Shown here piece by piece: positions 17,187-25,465 of a DNA stretch of 64,000 bases; the stretch's first letter is position 1; each line of letters begins with the position of its first letter. The notes under the pieces were generated by a model. It saw only the letters and a program-made list of their open reading frames with translations. It did no database searches and was not told where the DNA came from. A program made the position numbers and the translations under genes. Source of the DNA: an uncultured Eubacteriales bacterium (GTDB lineage Bacteria > Bacillota > Clostridia > Oscillospirales > CAG-272); the NCBI GenBank assembly GCA_934373635.1, contig CAKROZ010000005.1:20356-84355 (forward strand), in the 5' to 3' direction.

Positions 17187-17214
17187 TAAAAAAAGCGCCT
17201 TCCGAAGAAGGCGC
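17187..17214 (-). terminator. Terminator of the TAC operon
   Basis: Hairpin GCGCCTTC-CGAA-GAAGGCGC followed on the minus strand by a T7 run. Confidence 0.6.
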
Positions 17215-17242
17215 GGGGAGTAGGCTCTCGATTTATTTCATC

Positions 17243-17656
17243 TTAAATGTTTTTCGTCTCGGCTTTTGCAAAAAGCTCGTTGATGTTCATCACCGGGAGC
17301 GTATACGGAGGAATATTTGCATTTGTAGTAATCATCGTAATCAGCGATCTCAAATAGGGGAACAAGATGGCTGTCGTATTTGAGATCATAAGATCCCGCG
17401 ACTCTTCTTTATCCCAATCGGGCAAAGAGAAGACCCCCTCAATGCAGATATCCATCATAAACGGGGCATCCGATGCCTCAGTGATTCTAAATATTAAATC
17501 GATTGCCGCCGTGTCTGCATCGATTTTGTGAATAATACGCTTAAATTCCGGGTGCAATTCGATCTCATCCCCTTGAGATTGAAAAGACGCATTCAGTTTG
17601 AACGCCATATTTTTCACAACATAGTTTTCCAATGTCAATACACTGTTAACCGACAT
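17243..17656 (-). CDS. SecB-like chaperone (TAC chaperone)
   Basis: AILFPYLRSLITMITTNANIPPYTLPVMNINELF parallels E. coli SecB [34 protein letters not shown]. The likely start is ATG 17656 (GGAGGAG 9 nt upstream), which overlaps the antitoxin end by 11 nt. Confidence 0.7.
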   Translation of the reverse strand: MSVNSVLTLENYVVKNMAFKLNASFQSQGDEIELHPEFKRIIHKIDADTAAIDLIFRITEASDAPFMMDICIEGVFSLPDWDKEESRDLMISNTTAILFPYLRSLITMITTNANIPPYTLPVMNINELFAKAETKNI

Positions 17657-18209
17657 ACCGTTCATCTCCTCCGTTTCTATACGCAAAGAATTTTCCTCTT
17701 GTCGCATACTGCGATCTTGACGAATAATTTGTTTTTATACAAGCTTTATGTGTGTGAATGAGTTGCTCTATTCTCATGTTTTCGCTTTCCGATAAATCAC
17801 CTTTGCGAACGCTCCAAATATCCTCAAAAGCATCAACGTTTTTCATCAATCTGATGAGATTGTCATGACATTCGTCCTGAATCGCGCCGTTTTCGTATCG
17901 CGTTATTGTTTTTTCCCCAAACCCGAGCAGCTTCGAGAATGAAGCCTGCGAAAGCTTATACCTTGCACGAATATCGCGAATCTCCTCCGAAGTAAGTAAA
18001 TGCTCCGATTCTCTGTATACATCGTAAAAACGCTTCAAGGTAGCTCCGTCGAGATCTTCATCGATGATCTCTTCGCCGCAATGCGCACATACCCTGACCT
18101 TCGCGACAAGGGTGATCGGCTTTCCTTTTACGGATAATGTCTGTTCCTTTTCAATAATCTTGGTATCCGTCATTTCATCACAGTCGGGGCAATACCATGA
18201 TTCTTTCAT
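17646..18209 (-). CDS. MqsA-like antitoxin (Zn-ribbon plus XRE HTH) with a C-terminal extension
   Basis: Zn-ribbon CPDCDE...CAHCGEE, then the HTH LSQASFSKLLGFGEKTITRYENG. At 187 aa it is longer than the canonical ~130 aa. Confidence 0.78.
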   Translation of the reverse strand: MKESWYCPDCDEMTDTKIIEKEQTLSVKGKPITLVAKVRVCAHCGEEIIDEDLDGATLKRFYDVYRESEHLLTSEEIRDIRARYKLSQASFSKLLGFGEKTITRYENGAIQDECHDNLIRLMKNVDAFEDIWSVRKGDLSESENMRIEQLIHTHKACIKTNYSSRSQYATRGKFFAYRNGGDERYVG

Positions 18210-18262
18210 ACTCTTCTCCCCCTATTACAATTCAAATTTATGTTTGTTTGATCTTTGAGTTT

Positions 18263-18610
18263 TTAATCGCTATATTCATCTATATGATAACTCAACACTA
18301 ATAATTGCCCTTTGGGATCACTTTTAATCTTTAGTTTAATGTAAAGCCGTTCACCATGCAAATGCTTTTTGATGATCCATACGAACCCGGGGTATCTGGA
18401 ATCTCTGTCATTGTCTTGCCGCCACTGATCCTTAGGCGAAAGATGATAAATGTCGTCCCACACATCCTCGGTGGTGATGCCGAATTGCGACAGAGTTGAC
18501 ATGTACTTGCTCCTGCGATCTAATATTTGCGTGTTTCCGCTGTCAATTGCACATCGAACTTGCTCTAAAAATCGGTCAATTTCAGTCACAATCAAATCAC
18601 CCCCATTCAT
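18263..18610 (-). CDS. MqsR-like toxin (putative)
   Basis: LEQVRCAIDSGN, DVWDDIYHLSPKD and ERLYIKLKI...LLVLSYH parallel E. coli MqsR LSQVKKLVNAGQ, IWQDVY and QVYLKITV..LIVSFKE. The toxin gene comes before the antitoxin gene, as in mqsRA. Start uncertain (18610 or 18631). Confidence 0.6.
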   Translation of the reverse strand: MNGGDLIVTEIDRFLEQVRCAIDSGNTQILDRRSKYMSTLSQFGITTEDVWDDIYHLSPKDQWRQDNDRDSRYPGFVWIIKKHLHGERLYIKLKIKSDPKGQLLVLSYHIDEYSD

Positions 18611-18613
18611 GTT

Positions 18614-18658
18614 GGTATCATGTGATACCATATTAGCACAAAATTTTTTTCATGTCAA
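18614..18658 (-). promoter_or_regulatory. TAC promoter with a palindromic operator
   Basis: The minus strand reads TTGACA-17 nt-TAATAT. The perfect palindrome GGTATCA-CA-TGATACC (18614-18629) follows immediately. Confidence 0.55.
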
Positions 18659-18761
18659 TACCATTTGCAAAAATAACACAATTCGGAACAAATTGTTTAC
18701 AAAATTAGGTGAAAACAGAAAGAAAAATATCCACCTTCAAAACGAGAAAGCGTAATACAAA

Positions 18762-19805
18762 GTGATGATTAAAAAACTTGTAAAAAATGCGGACGGAAGA
18801 TACTCCCGATCCATCACGGGAACGGACGGAAAGCGTCACTATTTTCACGGGTACACACAATCCGAGGTTGAGCTACAAATTCAGAAGTTTCTCGCCTCCG
18901 AGGAACTCGGGCGGTTCTTCTCTACGGTAGCCGATGAATGGTGGAGCGACATCTCGGAGCGGATCGCCGTTCAATCCTATCGGAATTATAAACGCGGGTA
19001 CGACGAGGCTCGCAGCGTGTTCGGAACAATGCCCGTCGGGACTATCACTCCGCGCGATGTTGCCGCATATCTGCGTAGGTTTCAGGAACAGGGCTATGCC
19101 TACAAAACAATTGCAAATTATAAAATGGTATTGTCCTCTATTCTGACGCGGGCAATCTTTGAAGGGGATATTGATGTGAACCCGTGCGCGGTAGTGAAGT
19201 TGCCGAACGGATTGCCGAAAAAAAAGCGCCCTGCCGCTTCTCTTTCCGATGAGGAAAAGATTCTCGCGGCAAAAGGCGACTGTCTTCTCTACTATATTGC
19301 CATCATGACAGGGCTTCGGAAGGGCGAAATTCTTGCTCTTCGATGGAAGTGCTTCCACTTTGACCGACATGTCATCACGATAGACGCCTCCGTCGCTCAT
19401 GCCGGCGATCGTCCCATTGTAAAAGGAACCAAAAGCGAGGCGGGAACGCGCGAGGTTCCTCTTCTCCCCGCGCTCGCCGATGTGCTTCTGCCACTCTCTG
19501 TGGGAACGAACGAAGACGATTATCTTTTTTCCGCAGACGGCGGAAAGACCCCGCTCACAAACCGACGGTTTCTCACGATGACGCGACATCTGTCGGAAAA
19601 ATTCGGTTTGACCTCAACCCTGCATCAGCTACGGCATACCTATGCTTCCATCGCCGTGCAAAGCGGCGTAGAGCCGAAAGTGCTTCAATCCATCATGGGA
19701 CATCGACAGATCTCCACCACCTTGGATATTTACGCGGAAGTGCGCCGGGAAGGACTTGACAAGGCGATGGACGCCTTCGCCTCCTCTCCGCTCGGCAGGC
19801 GATAA
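18762..19805 (+). CDS. int: Tyrosine-type site-specific integrase
   Basis: 347 aa. GLRKGEILALRW (catalytic Arg), HQLRHTYAS (H-x-x-R), and GHRQISTTLDIYAE (His...Tyr). Confidence 0.9.
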   Translation: MMIKKLVKNADGRYSRSITGTDGKRHYFHGYTQSEVELQIQKFLASEELGRFFSTVADEWWSDISERIAVQSYRNYKRGYDEARSVFGTMPVGTITPRDVAAYLRRFQEQGYAYKTIANYKMVLSSILTRAIFEGDIDVNPCAVVKLPNGLPKKKRPAASLSDEEKILAAKGDCLLYYIAIMTGLRKGEILALRWKCFHFDRHVITIDASVAHAGDRPIVKGTKSEAGTREVPLLPALADVLLPLSVGTNEDDYLFSADGGKTPLTNRRFLTMTRHLSEKFGLTSTLHQLRHTYASIAVQSGVEPKVLQSIMGHRQISTTLDIYAEVRREGLDKAMDAFASSPLGRR

Positions 19806-19969
19806 AAGATGTACCGCGAACGCAAGCGCCTTCTTCTATCATTGTATAATCCATGCTTTTTTGCCCAAAAATACAGCTTCATCGGCTGAAAATCTGGCAC
19901 GTTTTTGGCACGCGAAACCTACTTTCGCACAAAAAAGCAAACAAAACGGCGCATTTTGTAAATCATGGA

Positions 19970-20016
19970 AAAAGCCCGAAAACACCTTGAAACATCAGTG
20001 TTTTCGGGCTTTTTTC
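19970..20016. terminator. Bidirectional hairpin between int and tRNA-Ser
   Basis: AAAAGCCCGAAAACAC...GTGTTTTCGGGCTTTTTT. Flanked by an A-run and a T-run. Confidence 0.6.
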
Positions 20017-20029
20017 ACGCTCTACGTGT

Positions 20030-20121
20030 TGGCGGAGAAGGAGAGATTTGAACTCTCGCGCCGGTAAAGCCGGCCTACACCCTTAGCAGGGGCGCCTCTT
20101 CGACCTCTTGAGTACTTCTCC
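20030..20121 (-). tRNA. tRNA-Ser (anticodon GCU)
   Basis: Folded by hand. Acceptor GGAGAAG/CTTCTCC. Anticodon stem CGCCC/GGGTG with loop CTGCTAA. Long variable arm. T-arm GAGAG-TTCAAAT-CTCTC. Encoded CCA. Confidence 0.9.
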
Positions 20122-20159
20122 GTGAAGTTGCAGACCGTCGTTTGGTAGCCTGCCGAATT

Positions 20160-20188
20160 ATTATAGCAAGTTTTTTCCGCTTTGTCAA
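20160..20188 (-). promoter_or_regulatory. tRNA-Ser promoter
   Basis: The minus strand reads TTGACA-17 nt-TATAAT, about 38 nt upstream of the tRNA 5' end. Confidence 0.6.
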
Positions 20189-20617
20189 GGCTTTTTCCGA
20201 AAAATCCGAAAAAAGCGTTGGAAACCGCGGAAAGGCGGAAATCCGGTGAGCGGTGGGCAAGAAACCACGGTGCGCGAGACGGCGCGCGTGGTGGGATGCT
20301 CTTTCCTGTTCGTAAAAACACGGTGCGGGGCATTTTGCGGGGGCTTCGCGATACTTTCTTTTCTTTGGCGATCTCGTGATTTCTTTCATCTTTCTTCTTT
20401 CGAATTCCATCGAATTCGGTCTTTGTTCTTTCGAAAAATCCGATTTTTTCGTCGCGCGGGGCGAAAGTAGGCGAAAACAGGCGTGAAAATACGGAAAAAG
20501 GCTTGCATTTTCTCTTTCTTTATGCTATACTTTTACCATTCTTGCATGACGGAAGCGTCCGTCCGACGCCGCTTACGTATCATGTGCGGCGGACGGTTCG
20601 GACGGGACGGAGGTTTT

Positions 20618-21820
20618 ATGACAAAAATTGCGATTCTCGGATTCGGCGTGGTGGGCGGCGGCGTCGCCGACCTTCTCACCGAGCGGGCGGCGGAAGTCGC
20701 CGCGCTTGCGGGCGATGCGGTGGAGATCGGGTACATACTCGACCTGCGCGACTTCCCCGATTCCCCTTTTTCGGACAGGGTTGTCCATGATTTTTCCGTC
20801 ATTGAGGGAGATCCCGAGGTCGCCGTCGTGATCGAGGTGATGGGTGGCTCGCACCCCGCCTATGAATACACAATGCGCGCGCTCCGCGCGGGAAAGCATG
20901 TCATTACCTCCAATAAGGAGGTCGTCGCGGCATACGGCTCGGAATTTCTCGAGGCGGCGCGGTCGGCGGGGGTCGCCTACCGCTTCGAAGCCTCGGTCGG
21001 CGGGGGAATCCCCGTCATCGAGCCGATCCTCTCGGTCCTGCGGCAGAACCGCATCACGGAGGTGCGCGGCATTCTCAACGGAACGACCAATTACATCCTG
21101 ACAAAGATGTTTACCTTCGGCGAAAGTTTCGACTCCGCGCTCGCGGACGCACAGGCGAGGGGGTATGCCGAGCGCAACCCCGACGCGGACATCCTCGGTC
21201 TTGACGCCTGCCGAAAGATCGCGATTCTCGCGGCGCTCGTCACGGGGGAGGCGGTCCCTCCCTCCGAGATCCCGACGGAGGGAATCACGCATATCCGCCC
21301 CGCGGACGTGCGGCACGCATCGGGGATCGGTGCGGCAATCAAATTGCTCGGCAGATGCCGTCTCACCGACGAGGGGCGCGCCGAGATCTCGGTCTCCCCT
21401 TACCTTGTCTCCTCCGACTCTCCCCTTTCGACGGTGGGAGGCGTCTACAACGCGATCGAGGTCATCGGTGAGCCGGTCGGAAATGTTCTCTTCTACGGCA
21501 GGGGCGCCGGTGCCGGAGCGACGGCTTCCGCCGTCGTCGGCGATCTCGCGGTGATCCTGCGCTCGGGGACGCACACGGCACCCGCCGTCTTCCGTCCCGC
21601 TCGTGCGGGCTTTCTCTGCGGGGAAGAAGAGATCATCGGGCGGCGGTATGTGGCGCTTTCCGAAGAGCCGTCCGATTTTGCCCTTCGCTTTCCTCGGGCG
21701 ACGCGTCTTTCCTCCTCGAACGGAGAGTGTGCGTTTCTGACGGAGGCGACGGACGGCTTCGCGCTTTCGCGCGCGCTCGAGGGGCTCTCTCCCCTTTCGG
21801 TGATTCCCGTCCTCTCATAA
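20618..21820 (+). CDS. hom: Homoserine dehydrogenase
   Basis: Trimmed to ATG 20618. MTKIAILGFGVVGGGV (Rossmann fold), ITSNKE and GILNGTTNYILT motifs. Confidence 0.9.
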   Translation: MTKIAILGFGVVGGGVADLLTERAAEVAALAGDAVEIGYILDLRDFPDSPFSDRVVHDFSVIEGDPEVAVVIEVMGGSHPAYEYTMRALRAGKHVITSNKEVVAAYGSEFLEAARSAGVAYRFEASVGGGIPVIEPILSVLRQNRITEVRGILNGTTNYILTKMFTFGESFDSALADAQARGYAERNPDADILGLDACRKIAILAALVTGEAVPPSEIPTEGITHIRPADVRHASGIGAAIKLLGRCRLTDEGRAEISVSPYLVSSDSPLSTVGGVYNAIEVIGEPVGNVLFYGRGAGAGATASAVVGDLAVILRSGTHTAPAVFRPARAGFLCGEEEIIGRRYVALSEEPSDFALRFPRATRLSSSNGECAFLTEATDGFALSRALEGLSPLSVIPVLS

Positions 21821-23078
21821 GATGAGCGGCGAGCGTCTCCCGACGCACGGTATCGGCACCCCGAAGGAGCGCGGAGAGGGACAGAATTCCCGCGAAAAAT
21901 AACAGAAAATCGCAGATGCGGACAAGGAAGACCTCGGACAAAAGCCCTCCGACGCCTGCGGACAGAAGAAAGAAGAACGGATAGAACGTTCTTCTTTTTT
22001 TCTTTCCCGTAAGGGAGGTCAGGGCGACCTCGCCGTAAAAATACCAACAAAGCGACGTGGACGCGGCGAAGGAAAAAAAGCACAGCATCAGTGCGGGGCG
22101 CCACACGCCGAGCGGAGAGGCGGAAAAGGCGGCGGAGAGATAAGAAAAGCCGTCCGAATATCCGTCGGGATTCCCCGCGCCGAGAAGAAGAGAGAATGCC
22201 GTCAGCATACAGAGAAGGACGGTATCGAAAAAGACCTCGCACATGCCGAGAACGCCCTCCGTCGCGGGGGTGACGCCGCGATTGTTCGCGTGGGCGAGCG
22301 TGGAGGTTCCGGCGCCCGCCTCATTGGAGAGAAGTCCGCGACAAAAGCCCTCGCGAAGGCTCGCGGAGAGAAGAAATCCGAAGATCCCCGATGCTGCGGA
22401 AGAAGGATTGAAAGCAGAAGAGAAGATTGCTGCAAGCGTCTCGGGAAGGCGGGAAATGTTTGAAAATATCGTAAAAATGCAAAGAATAATATACAAAAGC
22501 GTCGTGATCGGAATGAGGATCGACGTTTTCTCCATGATTCTTCCCGCGCCGCCGAGAAAGCAAAGAAAGAGAAAAACGACAAATATCGCGGCGAATATCC
22601 ATGGCGGCAGGGTGTAAAATGTCTCCGCCGCGCCCGTGACGGCACGGCACTGGAGCGCACTGCCGAGGGAAAAAGCGAGCCCGAGGCATAGCAGTGCATA
22701 GACGCCCGCAAGGCATCTGCCCGCAGGAAGGCGCTCCCGTATGACGCCGATCATCCCGTCGGGATGCGCGCCGTGCGCGGTGAGGGTGGATTCGGCATAT
22801 TTTAAGACGGTGGCAAACAGCGCGCTCGCGAGAAGCCAGAGCACGCTCCCCGCCCCGCCGAGAAGAATCCCGACGGCGACGCCCGTAATGTTCCCGACCC
22901 CGAGCGTCCCCGCGAGGGCGAGCATCAACGTGCCGAAGGAATCGGCGTCACGGGTGAATGCGCCGCGGAGCGTTTTCAGCGTGCGAAGGGGATGAAGCAG
23001 GAAAAAGGCGCGCAACTTCCAAAGAAAGTAACCGCCCGTGGCGGCGATGAGCATCGGCAAAAGAGCAAGGATCAACAT
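21633..23078 (-). CDS. Alanine/glycine:cation symporter (AGCS family)
   Basis: Start at ATG 23078 (GGAGGA RBS). LAGTLGVGNITGVAVGILLGGAGSVLWL is the AGCS signature. There is no in-frame stop before 21633, so the R/S/P-rich tail overlaps hom. Confidence 0.78.
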   Translation of the reverse strand: MLILALLPMLIAATGGYFLWKLRAFFLLHPLRTLKTLRGAFTRDADSFGTLMLALAGTLGVGNITGVAVGILLGGAGSVLWLLASALFATVLKYAESTLTAHGAHPDGMIGVIRERLPAGRCLAGVYALLCLGLAFSLGSALQCRAVTGAAETFYTLPPWIFAAIFVVFLFLCFLGGAGRIMEKTSILIPITTLLYIILCIFTIFSNISRLPETLAAIFSSAFNPSSAASGIFGFLLSASLREGFCRGLLSNEAGAGTSTLAHANNRGVTPATEGVLGMCEVFFDTVLLCMLTAFSLLLGAGNPDGYSDGFSYLSAAFSASPLGVWRPALMLCFFSFAASTSLCWYFYGEVALTSLTGKKKRRTFYPFFFLLSAGVGGLLSEVFLVRICDFLLFFAGILSLSALLRGADTVRRETLAAHLMRGRESPKGERAPRARAKARSRPSPPSETHTLRSRRKDASPEESEGQNRTALRKAPHTAAR

Positions 23079-23136
23079 AAAAAATTCCTCCGCTTTATGG
23101 TATGCGGAGGGATAGGGTACAATGATAATTAAAAAT

Positions 23137-24048
23137 TCAGTTTTTTTCCTCTTCTCTCCCGCTCTCATAAAAGACCGAGCCGCCGCGGGAAGAAACGCGG
23201 CGCAGGATGCGGTCAAAGAGACGAAGGGAGGGGGTATTCTCTTCCCTGACCTCCGCGCGTACGCAAAGCAGTCCGAGCGGTTGCAAAGCATAGCGAAGAA
23301 GTGTCTCGACGGCATCCCGTGCGAAGCCGTGCCCGCGGGCATCCGACAAAAGACGCACGGCAAGCGACGCGCCGCCGTGGGCATCGAAACCGTAAAGAAG
23401 GATCTCCCCGACAAATCTTCCGTCGGCGTGAATGGCAAAGGGCAGCGTCCTGCGGCGCTCCCATTCTCCTCTCGCGGTGCGGAGAAAGAAGGTATCGTCC
23501 GTCTGCCCCGCGACATCCGAGCGCATATCGTACCCGTAATAGCGGAGCGTCTCCTCGTCACGGCACAGGGTGGCATACGGGGCGGCGTCCCCGTCGGACA
23601 AGGGCGCCAATGTGACGCGCGCGCCGTGCAGGGTCGGAAGCGCCTCGAGCTCTTCGATCTCGGTGACGGCGCGGACGAGAAGATAGGCGCCCTCCTCGTC
23701 GAGAGGCATGCTCTCGATATGGCGATAGCGGGCACGGAGGGCGGGCAGACGATCGCACGGTGTCTCGGTCAGCACGTAAGGAAGCTCCTCGCCGAGAAGA
23801 TAGGCGTCCCAACGGTCGAGAAAAGCGTCGGGATCCCCCGTGCCGTCAAAGGGGACGGGATAGGTGAAGGCATACCGCCCGTCCTCCGAGAGACGCAGGG
23901 AGAGACAGCCCGCGTGCTCGGCGGCGGAAAGTTCCTCTTCCTCTGCGGCAAGCATCAGCTCGCGCGCCTCCTCGGCAAGGTTCGGATACCGCGCATTCCA
24001 TGCGGCGAGGCGGGAGGCGTCCACGGGGCTATAAAACAATGTCGTCAT
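23137..24048 (-). CDS. GNAT-family N-acetyltransferase with an N-terminal unknown domain
   Basis: The C-terminal part (GEILLYGFD...ARGHGFARDAVETLLRYA...VREENTPSLRLF) looks like a RimJ/RimL-type GNAT. Confidence 0.6.
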   Translation of the reverse strand: MTTLFYSPVDASRLAAWNARYPNLAEEARELMLAAEEEELSAAEHAGCLSLRLSEDGRYAFTYPVPFDGTGDPDAFLDRWDAYLLGEELPYVLTETPCDRLPALRARYRHIESMPLDEEGAYLLVRAVTEIEELEALPTLHGARVTLAPLSDGDAAPYATLCRDEETLRYYGYDMRSDVAGQTDDTFFLRTARGEWERRRTLPFAIHADGRFVGEILLYGFDAHGGASLAVRLLSDARGHGFARDAVETLLRYALQPLGLLCVRAEVREENTPSLRLFDRILRRVSSRGGSVFYESGREEEKN

Positions 24049-25465
24049 CTCCTTTTTTCTCCGTATAGGGGAAGGACAGGTGCGTGATATAGAGGCCGTC
24101 CGAGGTCTCGTAAGAAAAGCCGATCTTCATCGCGTCCGCGATCCGCTCACAGGTGCGGATTCCGATCCCGCTGCTCTCGGCGCGGTCGTTTTCCTTGATT
24201 TTGTTGGTAATTTGTAAATAAAGGTTTTCACCGTCGAGGGTTCCGAGAAAGGTGATCGGATATTCCTTGTCGGCATACTTTGAGAGATTAGAGAAGATAT
24301 TGTCGAAAATTCGCATCAGGTACGGAGCATCGACAAAGACGAGTGCGTCTCCGAAGATCTCGCCCGTGACGCGCGCCTCCACGGCGTAGCCCTGCTCCCG
24401 CATCAGAAGGATATGCTCGGCGAGCATCTGATCGAAGAGGGTGTCGGCGTCATAGGAGACAAGGTGTAATTCAAGCTCACTGTTCCCGAAGGCGAGAAAG
24501 TAACGGAACATGTCGTCCGAGAGATTTTTCAGGCGGACGGCGGTCGCCTCGGAGGCGGCGATATATTTCTCCATCTCGCTGTCGCTCTCGGCATGAAGCT
24601 TCATGATGTCGAGGTAGCCGAGGAGCACCGTCAGGGGCGTGCGGATGTCGTGGGACATGGAGGTGATCAGCTCGCGGTTCATCTCGAGTACCTTGCGCTC
24701 TCCGTCGAGCGTTTCGATCAGGGAGGAGCGCATCTGCTCGATGTTCTCCGACAGCTTGGAGATCTCATCCTGCACGTCGTCCGAGCGGACCGTATGCTTC
24801 ATATCCCCGTCCGACACGATGGAAACGTCGTCGGCAAGGCGGGAGATACGGTTCGAGATCCCGCTGTAATAGATCATGAGGATCAGGGTGATGGCGAGGG
24901 CGGCGACGGCAAGACTGATGATGTTGGCAAGGTCGTAATAGAGGTATTCGGTGAATTCGGCGAGGGTGACGTAAAGGCTCGTGCCGTCGGTCAGGGTGAC
25001 GATGCCGAAGCCCCTCTCCTCCGCATACCGGACGAGCTCGTCCCTCGTGGGATAATCGACGGTGATACCGCCGCTCCCGTCTCCCATGAGTCCGTGTCCG
25101 CCCGTCGTCCCGCCGCGGGAGGCGTAGAGAAGCTCTTCCCCGTTATAAAGCGCGAGGTAGACGTAGCGGTTCTTCTTCGCCCATTCGGAGATCTTGTTCG
25201 CATCGGTGAATGTGACGGCGTTTTCGGTAACGTAATTTTGCAGATCGGAGAGATAGGCGTCCTCCCGCTCCTGCTTTTTCTCGGGGCTGACGTAGAAGGT
25301 GTTGACAAAGGTGACGATCGAGACGCGGACGATCAGATAGGACGCGCCGCCGACCAAGGCGGCGAGAAGAATGAAGAGAAGGAGCTTCGTTTTCAGGGAA
25401 TAGACCTTCTCATAGAGGAAGGAGAAGGGCTTTTGCACCTCTCTGCCCTTTTGTTTTTCAGTCAA
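24029..25465 (-). CDS. Sensor histidine kinase
   Basis: TM segment, then the H-box SMSHDIRTPLTVLLGYLD, then an ATPase region. A TTG start at 25465 is plausible (a GTG at 25438 is an alternative). Confidence 0.85.
   Translation of the reverse strand: MTEKQKGREVQKPFSFLYEKVYSLKTKLLLFILLAALVGGASYLIVRVSIVTFVNTFYVSPEKKQEREDAYLSDLQNYVTENAVTFTDANKISEWAKKNRYVYLALYNGEELLYASRGGTTGGHGLMGDGSGGITVDYPTRDELVRYAEERGFGIVTLTDGTSLYVTLAEFTEYLYYDLANIISLAVAALAITLILMIYYSGISNRISRLADDVSIVSDGDMKHTVRSDDVQDEISKLSENIEQMRSSLIETLDGERKVLEMNRELITSMSHDIRTPLTVLLGYLDIMKLHAESDSEMEKYIAASEATAVRLKNLSDDMFRYFLAFGNSELELHLVSYDADTLFDQMLAEHILLMREQGYAVEARVTGEIFGDALVFVDAPYLMRIFDNIFSNLSKYADKEYPITFLGTLDGENLYLQITNKIKENDRAESSGIGIRTCERIADAMKIGFSYETSDGLYITHLSFPYTEKKGDDDIVL

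Larger units (their letters stand above)
1..20029. mobile_element. Temperate siphovirus-like prophage, right-hand ~20 kb (head, replication/recombination and lysogeny modules). The left end lies outside the window.
   Basis: Contiguous phage modules lie on the minus strand (capsid to cro). cI and a tyrosine integrase lie on the plus strand. The integrase 3' end faces the 3' end of tRNA-Ser at 20030. The tail and lysis genes and the other att site are not in the window. Confidence 0.85.

Noticed and set aside
23079-23735. N-terminal 219 codons of the 700-aa ORF 21633..23735
   Set aside because: This part overlaps the GNAT gene in another frame and is R/P/A-rich. The symporter signature, TM pattern and GGAGGA RBS all begin at ATG 23078.
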